Assembly: GCA_016182385.1 (NCBI GenBank)
Contig: JACPGV010000004.1
Location: 1 to 54,978 of the forward strand
Length of the DNA stretch: 54,978 bases
Source of the DNA: Candidatus Moraniibacteriota bacterium
Lineage (GTDB): Bacteria > Patescibacteriota > Minisyncoccia > Moranbacterales > UBA1568
Reading direction: 5' to 3'
Each line of letters starts with the position of its first letter. Within the stretch, counting starts at the first letter, position 1. The position numbers were made by a program, and so were the translations under genes. This document shows positions 20,371 to 28,084 of this stretch, one piece after another. Under the pieces are notes generated by a model. It worked only from the letters and a program-made list of their open reading frames with translations, was not told the origin of the DNA and made no database searches.

Positions 20371-20442
20371 GCCCCCATAGCTCAATGGATAGAGCTACCG
20401 CGTCCTAAGCGGGAGATCTAGGTTCGATTCCTGGTAGGGGCA
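20371..20442 (+). tRNA. tRNA-Arg (anticodon CCT)
   Basis: Cloverleaf: acceptor GCCCCCA/TAGGGGC (one C-A mismatch), anticodon loop GTCCTAA, T arm CTAGG-TTCGATT-CCTGG, 4-nt variable loop. Confidence 0.8.
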
Positions 20443-20465
20443 CAAAAAATTTATTCCCCTCAATT

Positions 20466-20816
20466 ATGTCATCTCTTCGTATCACAAAAATCAACGATCT
20501 TCTCCGTTCTCACTTAGGAACAATTCTTGAGCGTGAACTTTCTCTGAAGCAAGGTGTTATTCTCACGATAACAAAAGTTGTTACTTCGCATGATCTTCGC
20601 TATGCGCGTTTTTTCGTAAGCGTTTTTCCGGAAAAAGATACTGGCTATGTTTCACGAACATTAAAAAATGAACTTTCCCGTATCCAAAAATCACTCTACG
20701 CCAAACTCTATATGAAACCTCTTCCAAAAATTTCTTTCGAGCTTGATAAAACAGAACAAAAAGCCGATGTGGTGGAAAAAATACTTAAAAAACTTTTTCC
20801 TGATTCTTCCTGTTGA
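20466..20816 (+). CDS. rbfA: ribosome-binding factor A
   Basis: 116 aa. RITKINDLLRSHLGTIL ... ITKVVTSHDLRYARFFVSVF is the typical RbfA pattern. Confidence 0.85.
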   Translation: MSSLRITKINDLLRSHLGTILERELSLKQGVILTITKVVTSHDLRYARFFVSVFPEKDTGYVSRTLKNELSRIQKSLYAKLYMKPLPKISFELDKTEQKADVVEKILKKLFPDSSC

Positions 20817-21781
20817 AAATTATGCAGCACTTCGATAGTGAATTTAATACTCTCAACTATATTATTGCCCAATCGAAGCGCGTGCTTCTTTTTGCTCATA
20901 GTCGACCGGATCCTGACACCGTCGGCGCGAACCTTGCTCTTTTTGAATACATCAAAAATTGTGGAAAACATGTGGACATAGCTTGTTTTGACGCTTTTCC
21001 GGATAATCTTCGTGTCTTGGGAGAGGCTGATTTCTTCCATCCGGATCAACTGAATCTTTCCAGCTATGACGCCGTTATCGCTTGCGACAGCGTCGATCGT
21101 GGATTTGAAAAAATTATTTCAAAATTTTCAGAAAAACAAGTTATCGTTCTTATTGACCATCATCCAGATATAACTCTTGCAAGCGATCTTCGCATAATCG
21201 ATCCTCTCTATTCTTCATCAGCAGAATTAACCTACAATTTTCTTGTTTCCGTGAATGCAAAAATAACCAAATCTCTCGCCACGGTTTTGCTTATGGGTAT
21301 TCTTTTTGACACAGGCGGGTTTCAGCATTCCAACGTTTCTTCTCAGGTAATGGAAATTGCCTCTGCTCTCATGAAAAGAGGAGCGCCCCTGGCAAAAATC
21401 TCTCAAGTTATCTTCGCGAAAAAAAATATCACCGCTCTCCGCTTATGGGGGAAGGCTTTTGACAAAGCGCGTTTCAATGAAAAAAATGGGATGCTAGTAA
21501 CCGCTATCACAAAAAAAGACGCTCTCGAATGTGGTGCCGCCGTAGAAGACATCTATCAAGTCGCTTCTATTTTAAGTACCGTTCCTGATGCCAAGTTTTC
21601 TCTCGTGCTTTCCGAACGCGACGAAGACACTCTTCGCGCATCTCTCCGTTCCACGGAAGAAAAACAAACTGATGTCTCCGCTATCGCTCATCAATTTGGT
21701 GGGGGAGGACATCGTCTTGCAAGTGGTTTCGAAATCAGGGGTCGTCTCATCGAAACAACAACCGGTTGGAAAGTAGAATAA
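20813..21781 (+). CDS. nrnA: DHH-family phosphoesterase (NrnA-like oligoribonuclease / pAp phosphatase)
   Basis: 322 aa. HSRPDPDTVGANLAL, LIDHHP (DHH motif) and GGGHRLASG (DHHA1 motif). Confidence 0.75.
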   Translation: MKIMQHFDSEFNTLNYIIAQSKRVLLFAHSRPDPDTVGANLALFEYIKNCGKHVDIACFDAFPDNLRVLGEADFFHPDQLNLSSYDAVIACDSVDRGFEKIISKFSEKQVIVLIDHHPDITLASDLRIIDPLYSSSAELTYNFLVSVNAKITKSLATVLLMGILFDTGGFQHSNVSSQVMEIASALMKRGAPLAKISQVIFAKKNITALRLWGKAFDKARFNEKNGMLVTAITKKDALECGAAVEDIYQVASILSTVPDAKFSLVLSERDEDTLRASLRSTEEKQTDVSAIAHQFGGGGHRLASGFEIRGRLIETTTGWKVE

Positions 21782-21782
21782 T

Positions 21783-22385
21783 GTGTCTCGTATGGACAAA
21801 CGTACCGCTCTTAAAAAATTGAACGCTCACTGGATAACCAACTGCTCTTGCGACCTTCGAAAACAATGTACGCAAGCTGTTTTGGGGGATGGGAATATAC
21901 GCGCAAAAATTCTCTTTATCGGAGAGGCACCAGGAAAAAACGAGGACGAGCAAGGAAAACCATTTATCGGTGCCGCAGGAAAGTTTCTCTCCGAAATGCT
22001 CGCGAGTATCAGTCTCAAACGAGAGGATGTTTATATCACCAACATTGTCAAATACCGCCCACCCAACAATCGCGATCCTTTGCCGGAAGAAATCGTCGCT
22101 TGTGCTCCATGGCTCCACGAAGAAATCGCTCTTATCCGTCCACACATTATCATTACTCTTGGCCGCCACGCACTTACTCACTTTCTTCCCGGAAAAAAAA
22201 TATCATCGATGCACGGACAGCTTTTTCAATGTCCACTTCCCGATATCGGCAAACAAACTTTCTTCGCCCTCTATCATCCAGCCGCAGCACTTTATAATGG
22301 GGGAATGAGACAAACTCTTATCAATGACTTTAAAAAAATTCCTTCCATACTCCGTACGATAAAAAAAGAAGGCCCCACAAAATAG
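21783..22385 (+). CDS. uracil-DNA glycosylase, family 4
   Basis: 200 aa. Cys cluster CSCDLRKQC, GEAPGKNEDEQGKPFIGAAGKFL and HPAAALY. The GTG start at 21783 could instead be the ATG at 21792. Confidence 0.85.
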   Translation: MSRMDKRTALKKLNAHWITNCSCDLRKQCTQAVLGDGNIRAKILFIGEAPGKNEDEQGKPFIGAAGKFLSEMLASISLKREDVYITNIVKYRPPNNRDPLPEEIVACAPWLHEEIALIRPHIIITLGRHALTHFLPGKKISSMHGQLFQCPLPDIGKQTFFALYHPAAALYNGGMRQTLINDFKKIPSILRTIKKEGPTK

Positions 22386-22416
22386 CGGGGCCTTGGTTGT
22401 ACGATGCGTTGTGTGA

Positions 22417-22962
22417 TTACGACAAGTGATCTATTTTTCGTAAAAGCTCCACCCAGCCAAAAACACGGTGCGCTTCTCTTGGAAAAAACGTCCCTCTGAA
22501 AAAGGGTCGCTCCAAGAATACCACGTGCGGAATATCGCACGAAACAGCGCGCCTGACAATGATCGGGTCGTCGCCTATGTACATCTGCGGATTGACTCTC
22601 CTCTTCCCCTCTCTTGAGGCAAATGGGATATCTATCCCGTACCGCTCCTGCCAAAAAGAGTGAATCGCCTTCTCCATTTCTAAAGGACGATTGGAAACGA
22701 CTTTTACTTCATTGTTCTCCAAAAGCCTTTTGAAACAACACCTCGCGTCTGCTGCTGGCGCAAGTTTCTCAACACCCCATTTTTGATCACTCAAAATGAG
22801 GGAAAAAATTTTCTCCCTTTCGTCGAAAGAAAGTATTTCCGGGGCAACGTTGTGAAAATACATTGCCGGAGAAACCACCTTGCCACACAGCTCTCTCGCA
22901 GCAATATGCAGGGTTTCCTGTGTATCTGTAAGAAAGCCGTCCATCGGTAGAACAATCTTCAT
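22417..22962 (-). CDS. HAD-superfamily-like protein (5'(3')-deoxyribonucleotidase-like), degenerate motif I
   Basis: 181 aa. The N-terminus KIVLPMDGFLTD resembles HAD motif I (DxDG) but has Pro where the nucleophilic Asp is expected. Weak assignment. Confidence 0.35.
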   Translation of the reverse strand: MKIVLPMDGFLTDTQETLHIAARELCGKVVSPAMYFHNVAPEILSFDEREKIFSLILSDQKWGVEKLAPAADARCCFKRLLENNEVKVVSNRPLEMEKAIHSFWQERYGIDIPFASREGKRRVNPQMYIGDDPIIVRRAVSCDIPHVVFLERPFFRGTFFPREAHRVFGWVELLRKIDHLS

Positions 22963-23001
22963 GCCACATCTCCTCTGCTTTTGAAAAAAGAACTACTCCT
23001 G

Positions 23002-23084
23002 TGCCGCGAGCGAGACTCGAACTCGCATGATTTCACAATCCGAGGATTTTAAGTCCTCTGCGTATACCATTCCGCCATCGCGGC
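23002..23084 (-). tRNA. tRNA-Leu (anticodon TAA)
   Basis: The reverse complement folds as a class II tRNA: acceptor GCCGCGA/TCGCGGC, anticodon arm GAGGA-CTTAAAA-TCCTC, 15-nt variable arm, T arm GCGAG-TTCGAGT-CTCGC. Confidence 0.85.
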
Positions 23085-23093
23085 AACTGTATG

Positions 23094-23164
23094 AGGTCCG
23101 GGGCGGAGTCGAACCGCCATAAAGGGTTTTGCAGACCCGTGCCTATCCGATCGGCCACCGGACC
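23094..23164 (-). tRNA. tRNA-Cys (anticodon GCA)
   Basis: Reverse complement: acceptor GGTCCGG/CCGGACC, anticodon loop CTGCAAA, T arm GGCGG-TTCGACT-CCGCC. Confidence 0.85.
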
Positions 23165-23253
23165 ATTTTCTGCGAGCACTTTAAAGCCTATCAAATAGCC
23201 TTTCTCACGTCAATAAAAAATCGCCCCAATCACTCGGGACGATTTTCCTTTTT

Positions 23254-23793
23254 TTATTTTATAACTTCAGCAATCAGGTTACGACGCCCGAAAGCGAAGG
23301 CTTCCTTTTTTGTTTCCATATATATATCAATTTTATTTCCTTTGATGGCCCCACCTCGATCCTCACAACGAAATTCACCCATACCCTCAATAGCAATTTT
23401 TGTTCCGAACGGAAAGTTTGGCGGGCATGCCAACGTACGTTTCTCTTCTACTGTAAGTCCGGACGCGGTAATTCCGTCGTTTTTTCCACACTCATCCGCC
23501 GCGGCAGTATAAGCAGAAGCGTTGATGGTAAATTTTCCCTCAGGAAGATTCTTCCACAAATTTGTCTGCTTCTTTTTCCATCGCTCAAGCGTCTTTTCTT
23601 CAAAAGTAAGCTCTTTTTGATTCTCAAGTACGAATGTCCATCCCAAAAGAAATGGGTCATTCGTAAAGTTATAGCTTCCCGCTACAGGCAATTCTTCAGA
23701 GATATTCTTTGTATCAGAAGCTACAACGCTTTCTCCGTACAAAAAAATACTGACAAAGACGATCACGAGTGACAAAAACTTCTTCAAACTCAT
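23254..23793 (-). CDS. secreted 3D-domain (MltA/RlpA-like double-psi barrel) cell-wall protein
   Basis: 179 aa. Signal peptide, then C-terminal INASAYTAAADECGKNDGITASG ... CEDRGGAIKGNKIDIY, typical of 3D domains. Confidence 0.7.
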   Translation of the reverse strand: MSLKKFLSLVIVFVSIFLYGESVVASDTKNISEELPVAGSYNFTNDPFLLGWTFVLENQKELTFEEKTLERWKKKQTNLWKNLPEGKFTINASAYTAAADECGKNDGITASGLTVEEKRTLACPPNFPFGTKIAIEGMGEFRCEDRGGAIKGNKIDIYMETKKEAFAFGRRNLIAEVIK

Positions 23794-24092
23794 AGAGTGT
23801 CTTTAGGGATAAGCCGTGTTCCCCATGGGGATAACGGGAAAGCTTTTTCAGCTAACCGTATATCCTAGCACAAAATTTACATTCTGTCAATACCAAAATG
23901 CTACCTTTTGGCTTATTAAAGGCAATATATTGCTTTTATTAGATGAGAATTATCGCACAATACGCCTTCTAATTTTTAAGGATAATAAAAACAAAGCCCC
24001 GATAAGCTCTGTTTTTAACTGAGCTGGCTGGTACATGCGGTTAGAACTAGATTAAAGCAAGAAATTCGTATGTAACATAATTTATAGTATAT

Positions 24093-24135
24093 TTAACATA
24101 TGTGACATATTGACTTATTTATACACATATGTTAA
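24093..24135. promoter_or_regulatory. operator-like inverted repeat upstream of or overlapping the HTH-Doc operon start
   Basis: TTAACATATGTG (24093-24104) and CACATATGTTAA (24124-24135) are exact reverse complements. Each half contains the 8-bp palindrome ACATATGT. Confidence 0.5.
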
Positions 24136-24407
24136 CATTTAGACATATGGGTACAAAAAACCACCAACCAGAAGATCTTCTTTCTACAGCCCAAGTAGCT
24201 GAAATTTTGGGTGTCAGCCGTTTTGCGGTGTTTCAAAGAATTAAACGCGGGTCGCTTTTGGCTAAAAAAATTGGCAGAAACTACCTCATTCGCTACGGCG
24301 ATCTCATAGGGGATCTTAGCGAGAAGGACAAGCAAAGAATCGAACAAGCTGTTAAACAAGCTGTGGAAGAATATAGCGAAACATTCAAGCTCCTTGGCAA
24401 AGAATAA
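24129..24407 (+). CDS. helix-turn-helix (excisionase/MerR-type) protein, putative antitoxin of Doc
   Basis: 92 aa. LLSTAQVAEILGVSRFAVFQRIKRGSLLAKKIGRNYLI is an HTH_17-like motif. Its stop is 3 nt before the Doc ATG. The true start may be the ATG at 24147, because 24129 lies inside the inverted repeat. Confidence 0.65.
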   Translation: MLTFRHMGTKNHQPEDLLSTAQVAEILGVSRFAVFQRIKRGSLLAKKIGRNYLIRYGDLIGDLSEKDKQRIEQAVKQAVEEYSETFKLLGKE

Positions 24408-24410
24408 GTT

Positions 24411-24851
24411 ATGCAGTATCTTTCAGTTTCTGAAATTGAATATGTAGCCCATACGCTTGCCAAAGAATTAATGTCTTGGAACGAACCCATTCCTGATTTT
24501 CAAAGCAGATATCCAAATAAACTCGAAGCCTGTTTAGCTGCTCCTCGACAGACTTTTGATAAAAAACAGCTCTATCCAAAAATTTACAGGAAGGGCTCAA
24601 TTTTGTTTTATCTTATAATCAAAGATCATCCCTTTCAAAATGGAAACAAACGCATAGCTATCATGGCATTACTGTATTTTCTTTATAAAAATGGGAGGTG
24701 GTTAAAAATTGATAACCAACAGCTCTACAACTTTGCTCGATGGGTAGCGGCAAGCGATCCGGCTGTCAAAGAGCAAGTCTTGGGTGCTATTTATGAAATT
24801 CTAAGAAAATACTCCGAAAATCGTAGTTTATCTCAAGAAAATCAGGAGTAG
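24411..24851 (+). CDS. doc: Fic/Doc-family toxin (death-on-curing type)
   Basis: 146 aa with HPFQNGNKRIA, which matches the Doc variant (HxFx[DN][AG]NKR) of the Fic motif. Confidence 0.8.
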   Translation: MQYLSVSEIEYVAHTLAKELMSWNEPIPDFQSRYPNKLEACLAAPRQTFDKKQLYPKIYRKGSILFYLIIKDHPFQNGNKRIAIMALLYFLYKNGRWLKIDNQQLYNFARWVAASDPAVKEQVLGAIYEILRKYSENRSLSQENQE

Positions 24852-24856
24852 TGATT

Positions 24857-24873
24857 GAGCAGGTAACGGGAGT
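24857..24873. repeat. displaced copy of the tRNA-Gly 3' end (att-like direct repeat)
   Basis: GAGCAGGTAACGGGAGT matches 34201-34217 (GAGCGGGTAACGGGAGT) at 16 of 17 positions, in the same orientation. Confidence 0.75.
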
Positions 24874-25195
24874 TCCGCATCGTTCATTCGTCGTCACTCA
24901 TTCACTCTTTGCCCGGGGTGGCGCCGAATGCTCATTTGATCGCATCCGTCGACGCTCGTCATCGCTTCCTTCCTACTGAAAGGAAGCTCGTCTCGCTTCC
25001 GCCCGTTCGACTACCGTTCACACCAACAAACTAAAAATCACCCCGGTTGGAGTGATTTTTAGTTTAGTGGAGCTGGGTAGTGAATGCGGTTAGAACCAAT
25101 TTTGTTAAAGATTTGACTGCCACGTTTAATCATTGAAAACACACCTAAAAAATAGTATTCTATAGAATACTGGGTATTGTTTTGGCATTAAGGAT

Positions 25196-26275
25196 ATGGG
25201 TAGGAAAAACCTTGGCAAAAAAGAAAGACCAACCGTGATTAGCTTGTACTCTGGTGCCGGCGGACTTGATGTTGGATTGGAACAAGCTGGCTTTGATGTC
25301 AGAGTCGCTCTCGATTTTGATCATGATAGTTGTGAAACACTCCGCACTAACTTTAAACACTCAGCTGTCATTGAAGGTGACGTAACAAAAATTACTTCAC
25401 AAGAAATCTTAAAAAATGGTGGACTCAAGAAAGGAGAAGTTGATTTACTGGTGGGAGGGCCTCCGTGTCAGCCGTTCTCAAAATCTGCTTTTTGGAATGG
25501 ATCTAAGGGTTTAAAGGATCCACGAGCTGTTACACTACATGAATATATTCGCATATTAAAGGACTCAAAACCAAAGGCGTTTATTTTGGAAAACGTTTTT
25601 GGTTTGGCTTATAAAAACAATCAGGACGCCTTTACTCTTTTGCGAGAAGGCTTTAAACAGCTTGGGTATGAAATCAATTGGCAGGTTATAAATACTGCTT
25701 CTTATGGCATTCCTCAGATACGGCAACGTTTGATTATACTTGGCTCACGAATTGGCCGTATTGAATTTCCACTGCCGACTCATCACGATCCAGCAGAAGA
25801 AGGAGAAAAAAATACTCTTTTCAAAAATGAGCTCCCTTGTTATGTAACAGCAAAAGAGGCGTTCAAAGGATTAAAAGAAGAGGGAGGGGAAGTCCCAACA
25901 GAATTAAAAGTTGGTGGTAAATGGGGTCATTTACTAGCAGAAATTCCTCCAGGTGACAATTACCTTTATTACACAGAGAAAAGGGGTCACAAAAACCCAT
26001 TATTTGGATGGAGATCACGCTATTGGTCATTCCTTCTCAAACTCTCTCCAAATAAACCATCGTGGACTATTCAAGCCCAGCCAGGACCTTATGTGGGACC
26101 TTTCCACTGGGATAACCGCAGACTAACACTTGGGGAAAGAAAAAGAATCCAAACATTTCCAGACAATTACATCTTTGTTGGCAAGAAAGGATCTGTTCAA
26201 AAACAAATAGGAAATGCTGTCCCATGTCTCCTTGGCAAGGTTTTAGGAGAGGCAATAAAAAAACAAGTGCTTTAA
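25196..26275 (+). CDS. DNA (cytosine-5)-methyltransferase
   Basis: 359 aa. Motif I LYSGAGGLDVG, motif IV GGPPCQPFS, motif VI ENV, motif VIII QIRQRLIILG, motif X IGNAVP. Confidence 0.9.
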   Translation: MGRKNLGKKERPTVISLYSGAGGLDVGLEQAGFDVRVALDFDHDSCETLRTNFKHSAVIEGDVTKITSQEILKNGGLKKGEVDLLVGGPPCQPFSKSAFWNGSKGLKDPRAVTLHEYIRILKDSKPKAFILENVFGLAYKNNQDAFTLLREGFKQLGYEINWQVINTASYGIPQIRQRLIILGSRIGRIEFPLPTHHDPAEEGEKNTLFKNELPCYVTAKEAFKGLKEEGGEVPTELKVGGKWGHLLAEIPPGDNYLYYTEKRGHKNPLFGWRSRYWSFLLKLSPNKPSWTIQAQPGPYVGPFHWDNRRLTLGERKRIQTFPDNYIFVGKKGSVQKQIGNAVPCLLGKVLGEAIKKQVL

Positions 26276-26943
26276 GCCCTCCTTTCTCCTCGTCTAGGTA
26301 TTCCTGCCCAAAACTTGTAGAATTCTTTCTGAGTTCGAAATACCCCGCCTTTTTCTTCTCGGATTTTATCAATTTCCATTACCGCACCCACATAATCTCT
26401 AGTGGCGCTTGATAGTGTTTTGGAAGCTACTTTCCAAGGTTCTACAATGAGTATTTCAAAGTTTGTGACACTCTTTTCCGTGTTGTTTACATCAAAAACA
26501 ACAATGAGATCAAGGTGATGCGCATAGTCCTGAAAAGGTCGTATGGTCTGAGGAAATTTTTTGTCCTGACACTTCAAATATGTCCCAAAAGTATACAGGG
26601 TTATTCTAGACTGAGTTCTGTTTGGATTGCGCTCATTTCGGCGTGCTGCCTTAATGTCAAAGGCAATTACCTTGTTGTCAAACAAGGAACCAGACAACTC
26701 GATATCGGGGTAATACCGATTTCCTCCTTCTACTGCCGCAGCGTCTTTTCTCCCGTTGAGCTTTTCATGCAAGTGTGCAATTAAAACACCCTCTATTACA
26801 TTACCTAGCGTACCTGGTTCAAGGTTGAGAGGAATAACTTTCCCTTGCTTAGTGGCAAATCCGATGATATCAAAGTTAAAATCAGCATAAATGCTTTTAA
26901 GCCACTCCTTTACATCTTCAGCCGTAGTAAGACTCTTTGACAT
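26272..26943 (-). CDS. putative type II restriction endonuclease (PD-(D/E)xK)
   Basis: 223 aa, convergent with the methyltransferase; the stop codons overlap within TTAA at 26272-26275. YYPDIEL ... VIAFDIKAA fits a PD...(D/E)xK catalytic motif. Confidence 0.5.
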   Translation of the reverse strand: MSKSLTTAEDVKEWLKSIYADFNFDIIGFATKQGKVIPLNLEPGTLGNVIEGVLIAHLHEKLNGRKDAAAVEGGNRYYPDIELSGSLFDNKVIAFDIKAARRNERNPNRTQSRITLYTFGTYLKCQDKKFPQTIRPFQDYAHHLDLIVVFDVNNTEKSVTNFEILIVEPWKVASKTLSSATRDYVGAVMEIDKIREEKGGVFRTQKEFYKFWAGIPRRGERRA

Positions 26944-26954
26944 ACAATTTTATA

Positions 26955-27452
26955 TTAAATAACTCTACACTCCATCAAATGACGAGTAAGGGCTTCTTTG
27001 CTAACAGCATACCTCTTTGATAGTTCGTCAAGATTTTCGGTTTGTTTAAAATCTTGTTTAAGTCTTGCTAATGGCATCAGGAGTTCGGCTGCAAACTGGT
27101 GCGCCTCGGTCTCTTGCGGACTCCCTTTATCCACTGGATTACAGGTGTGCCCCATAAGCAAGTGTCCGATTTCATGAGAAATCGTGAATCTTCTCCGGTG
27201 CCAGTGTTGAGTATTGTTAAAACCAATTGTTGCCTCATCGCCGATCATGACAAGCATCCCAGACACTTTCTCGCTAAATCCATAACCATATATCTGAAGA
27301 TTTGTTTTTGTCTTCAAAAAATCCAGCACCTTTTGAAGGGATACTGGTAAATTTACGATTTTTGCATCCTTAAGTAACTTTCTAGCCAAGTTTCGCGCTG
27401 CCCCCTTCTGAGCCGTATTAACTATCTCATCCATGCCTCTTTTTCTTAGCAA
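26955..27452 (-). CDS. ImmA/IrrE-family zinc metallopeptidase
   Basis: 165 aa with HEIGHLLMGH (HExxH) in the usual ImmA/IrrE context. Overlaps the upstream XRE gene by 26 nt. Confidence 0.8.
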   Translation of the reverse strand: MLRKRGMDEIVNTAQKGAARNLARKLLKDAKIVNLPVSLQKVLDFLKTKTNLQIYGYGFSEKVSGMLVMIGDEATIGFNNTQHWHRRRFTISHEIGHLLMGHTCNPVDKGSPQETEAHQFAAELLMPLARLKQDFKQTENLDELSKRYAVSKEALTRHLMECRVI

Positions 27453-27762
27453 GTTCTATGAAATACATGATTGAGTCTTTATCCTTTTGGGATAAATCCT
27501 TGTCTGCTCGTAAAGCGAATTTCACATCAGGAGCCTTTTCTTCTTGGCCAAGAAAAAACTTGATATCTCGATGCAAAAAATTCGATATTTTCTCTAAATC
27601 CTCGACTCGGAGTTTCCTGCTACCTGATTCGATCAAGGAAATTGCCGTAGCAGATTCATAGCCGAGAGCCTCGGCAAGCGCAAGCTGGGATAACCCCTGA
27701 GACTCTCTAGCTTCACGGATTTTTGAGCCAATAAAAACGTTCTTGTCTATCTGATTTTTCAT
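27427..27762 (-). CDS. XRE-family helix-turn-helix transcriptional regulator
   Basis: 111 aa. IGSKIREARESQGLSQLALAEALGYESATAISLIESGSRKL is a canonical Cro/CI-type HTH. Confidence 0.85.
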   Translation of the reverse strand: MKNQIDKNVFIGSKIREARESQGLSQLALAEALGYESATAISLIESGSRKLRVEDLEKISNFLHRDIKFFLGQEEKAPDVKFALRADKDLSQKDKDSIMYFIELAKKKRHG

Positions 27763-27773
27763 AATGCAATAAT

Positions 27774-27801
27774 AGCCTTTTCAAAATGATTTGACAAGGC
27801 T
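27774..27801. promoter_or_regulatory. operator-like inverted repeat in the divergent XRE / rightward promoter region
   Basis: AGCCTTTTCA (27774-27783) and TGACAAGGCT (27792-27801) are reverse complements at 9 of 10 positions. The right arm overlaps the -35 hexamer. Confidence 0.45.
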
Positions 27802-27818
27802 TTTCATTCTGCTATACT
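27791..27818 (+). promoter_or_regulatory. near-consensus sigma70 promoter facing right
   Basis: TTGACA (27791-27796), 16-nt spacer, TATACT (27813-27818). Confidence 0.65.
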
Positions 27819-27824
27819 AATGTT

Positions 27825-28084
27825 ATCAAATCGGCAATTTGGTCGAGTCCACCGTTTTGAGGCTAACCAGTAAGCAGAACGGCCCCACACCACGCATATG
27901 CGTAAGTCACCGTGGCACTCAGTGAAACAGCCCGTATATCACGAAAATACGGAATGTAACACCGGGAACAACATCGAGCGAGAGAATCTTCGTCAGGGAA
28001 CTGGCGGGAAGCCTCTCTGCAAGGAATGCGAGCGGCTCCGCAAATAAAGCTCTCGTACACCAGACCGCCGAAAGGCGGTTTTGG
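27825..28084 (+). ncRNA. candidate structured non-coding RNA or leader (unknown class)
   Basis: About 260 nt between the promoter and a terminator. It looks GC-rich against AT-rich flanks and has no plus-strand ORF of 60 aa or more. Local hairpins include ACGCATATGCGT and CCGTAT-ATCACGAAA-ATACGG. Confidence 0.35.
28063..28084 (+). terminator. rho-independent terminator-like hairpin
   Basis: ACCGCC-GAAA-GGCGGT followed by TTTTGGT. Confidence 0.5.

Noticed and set aside
20648-20662. ATGTTTCACGAACAT in rbfA resembles the palindrome with TGA deleted
   Set aside because: It is a single 10-mer match plus 5 nt, within chance expectation for this window, and it lies in a conserved housekeeping gene.
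21747-22181. 144-aa minus-strand ORF and several 139-149-aa plus-strand alternate-frame ORFs
   Set aside because: They overlap the family-4 UDG gene, which has clear motifs, and their composition is atypical.
22522-22527. Idea that CACGTG (the palindrome core) is the target of the island R-M system
   Set aside because: There is no evidence for the specificity of the methyltransferase. Outside the array I found only two CACGTG sites (22522 and 49249-region 48249-48254), which is uninformative at this scale. Pure speculation.
27863-28060. 65-aa minus-strand ORF inside the GC-rich non-coding unit
   Set aside because: It has a Cys/Arg/Ala-rich, motif-less sequence and no RBS, and it coincides exactly with the structured GC-rich block. 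It is more likely a by-product of RNA/DNA structure, though conservation analysis could overturn this.
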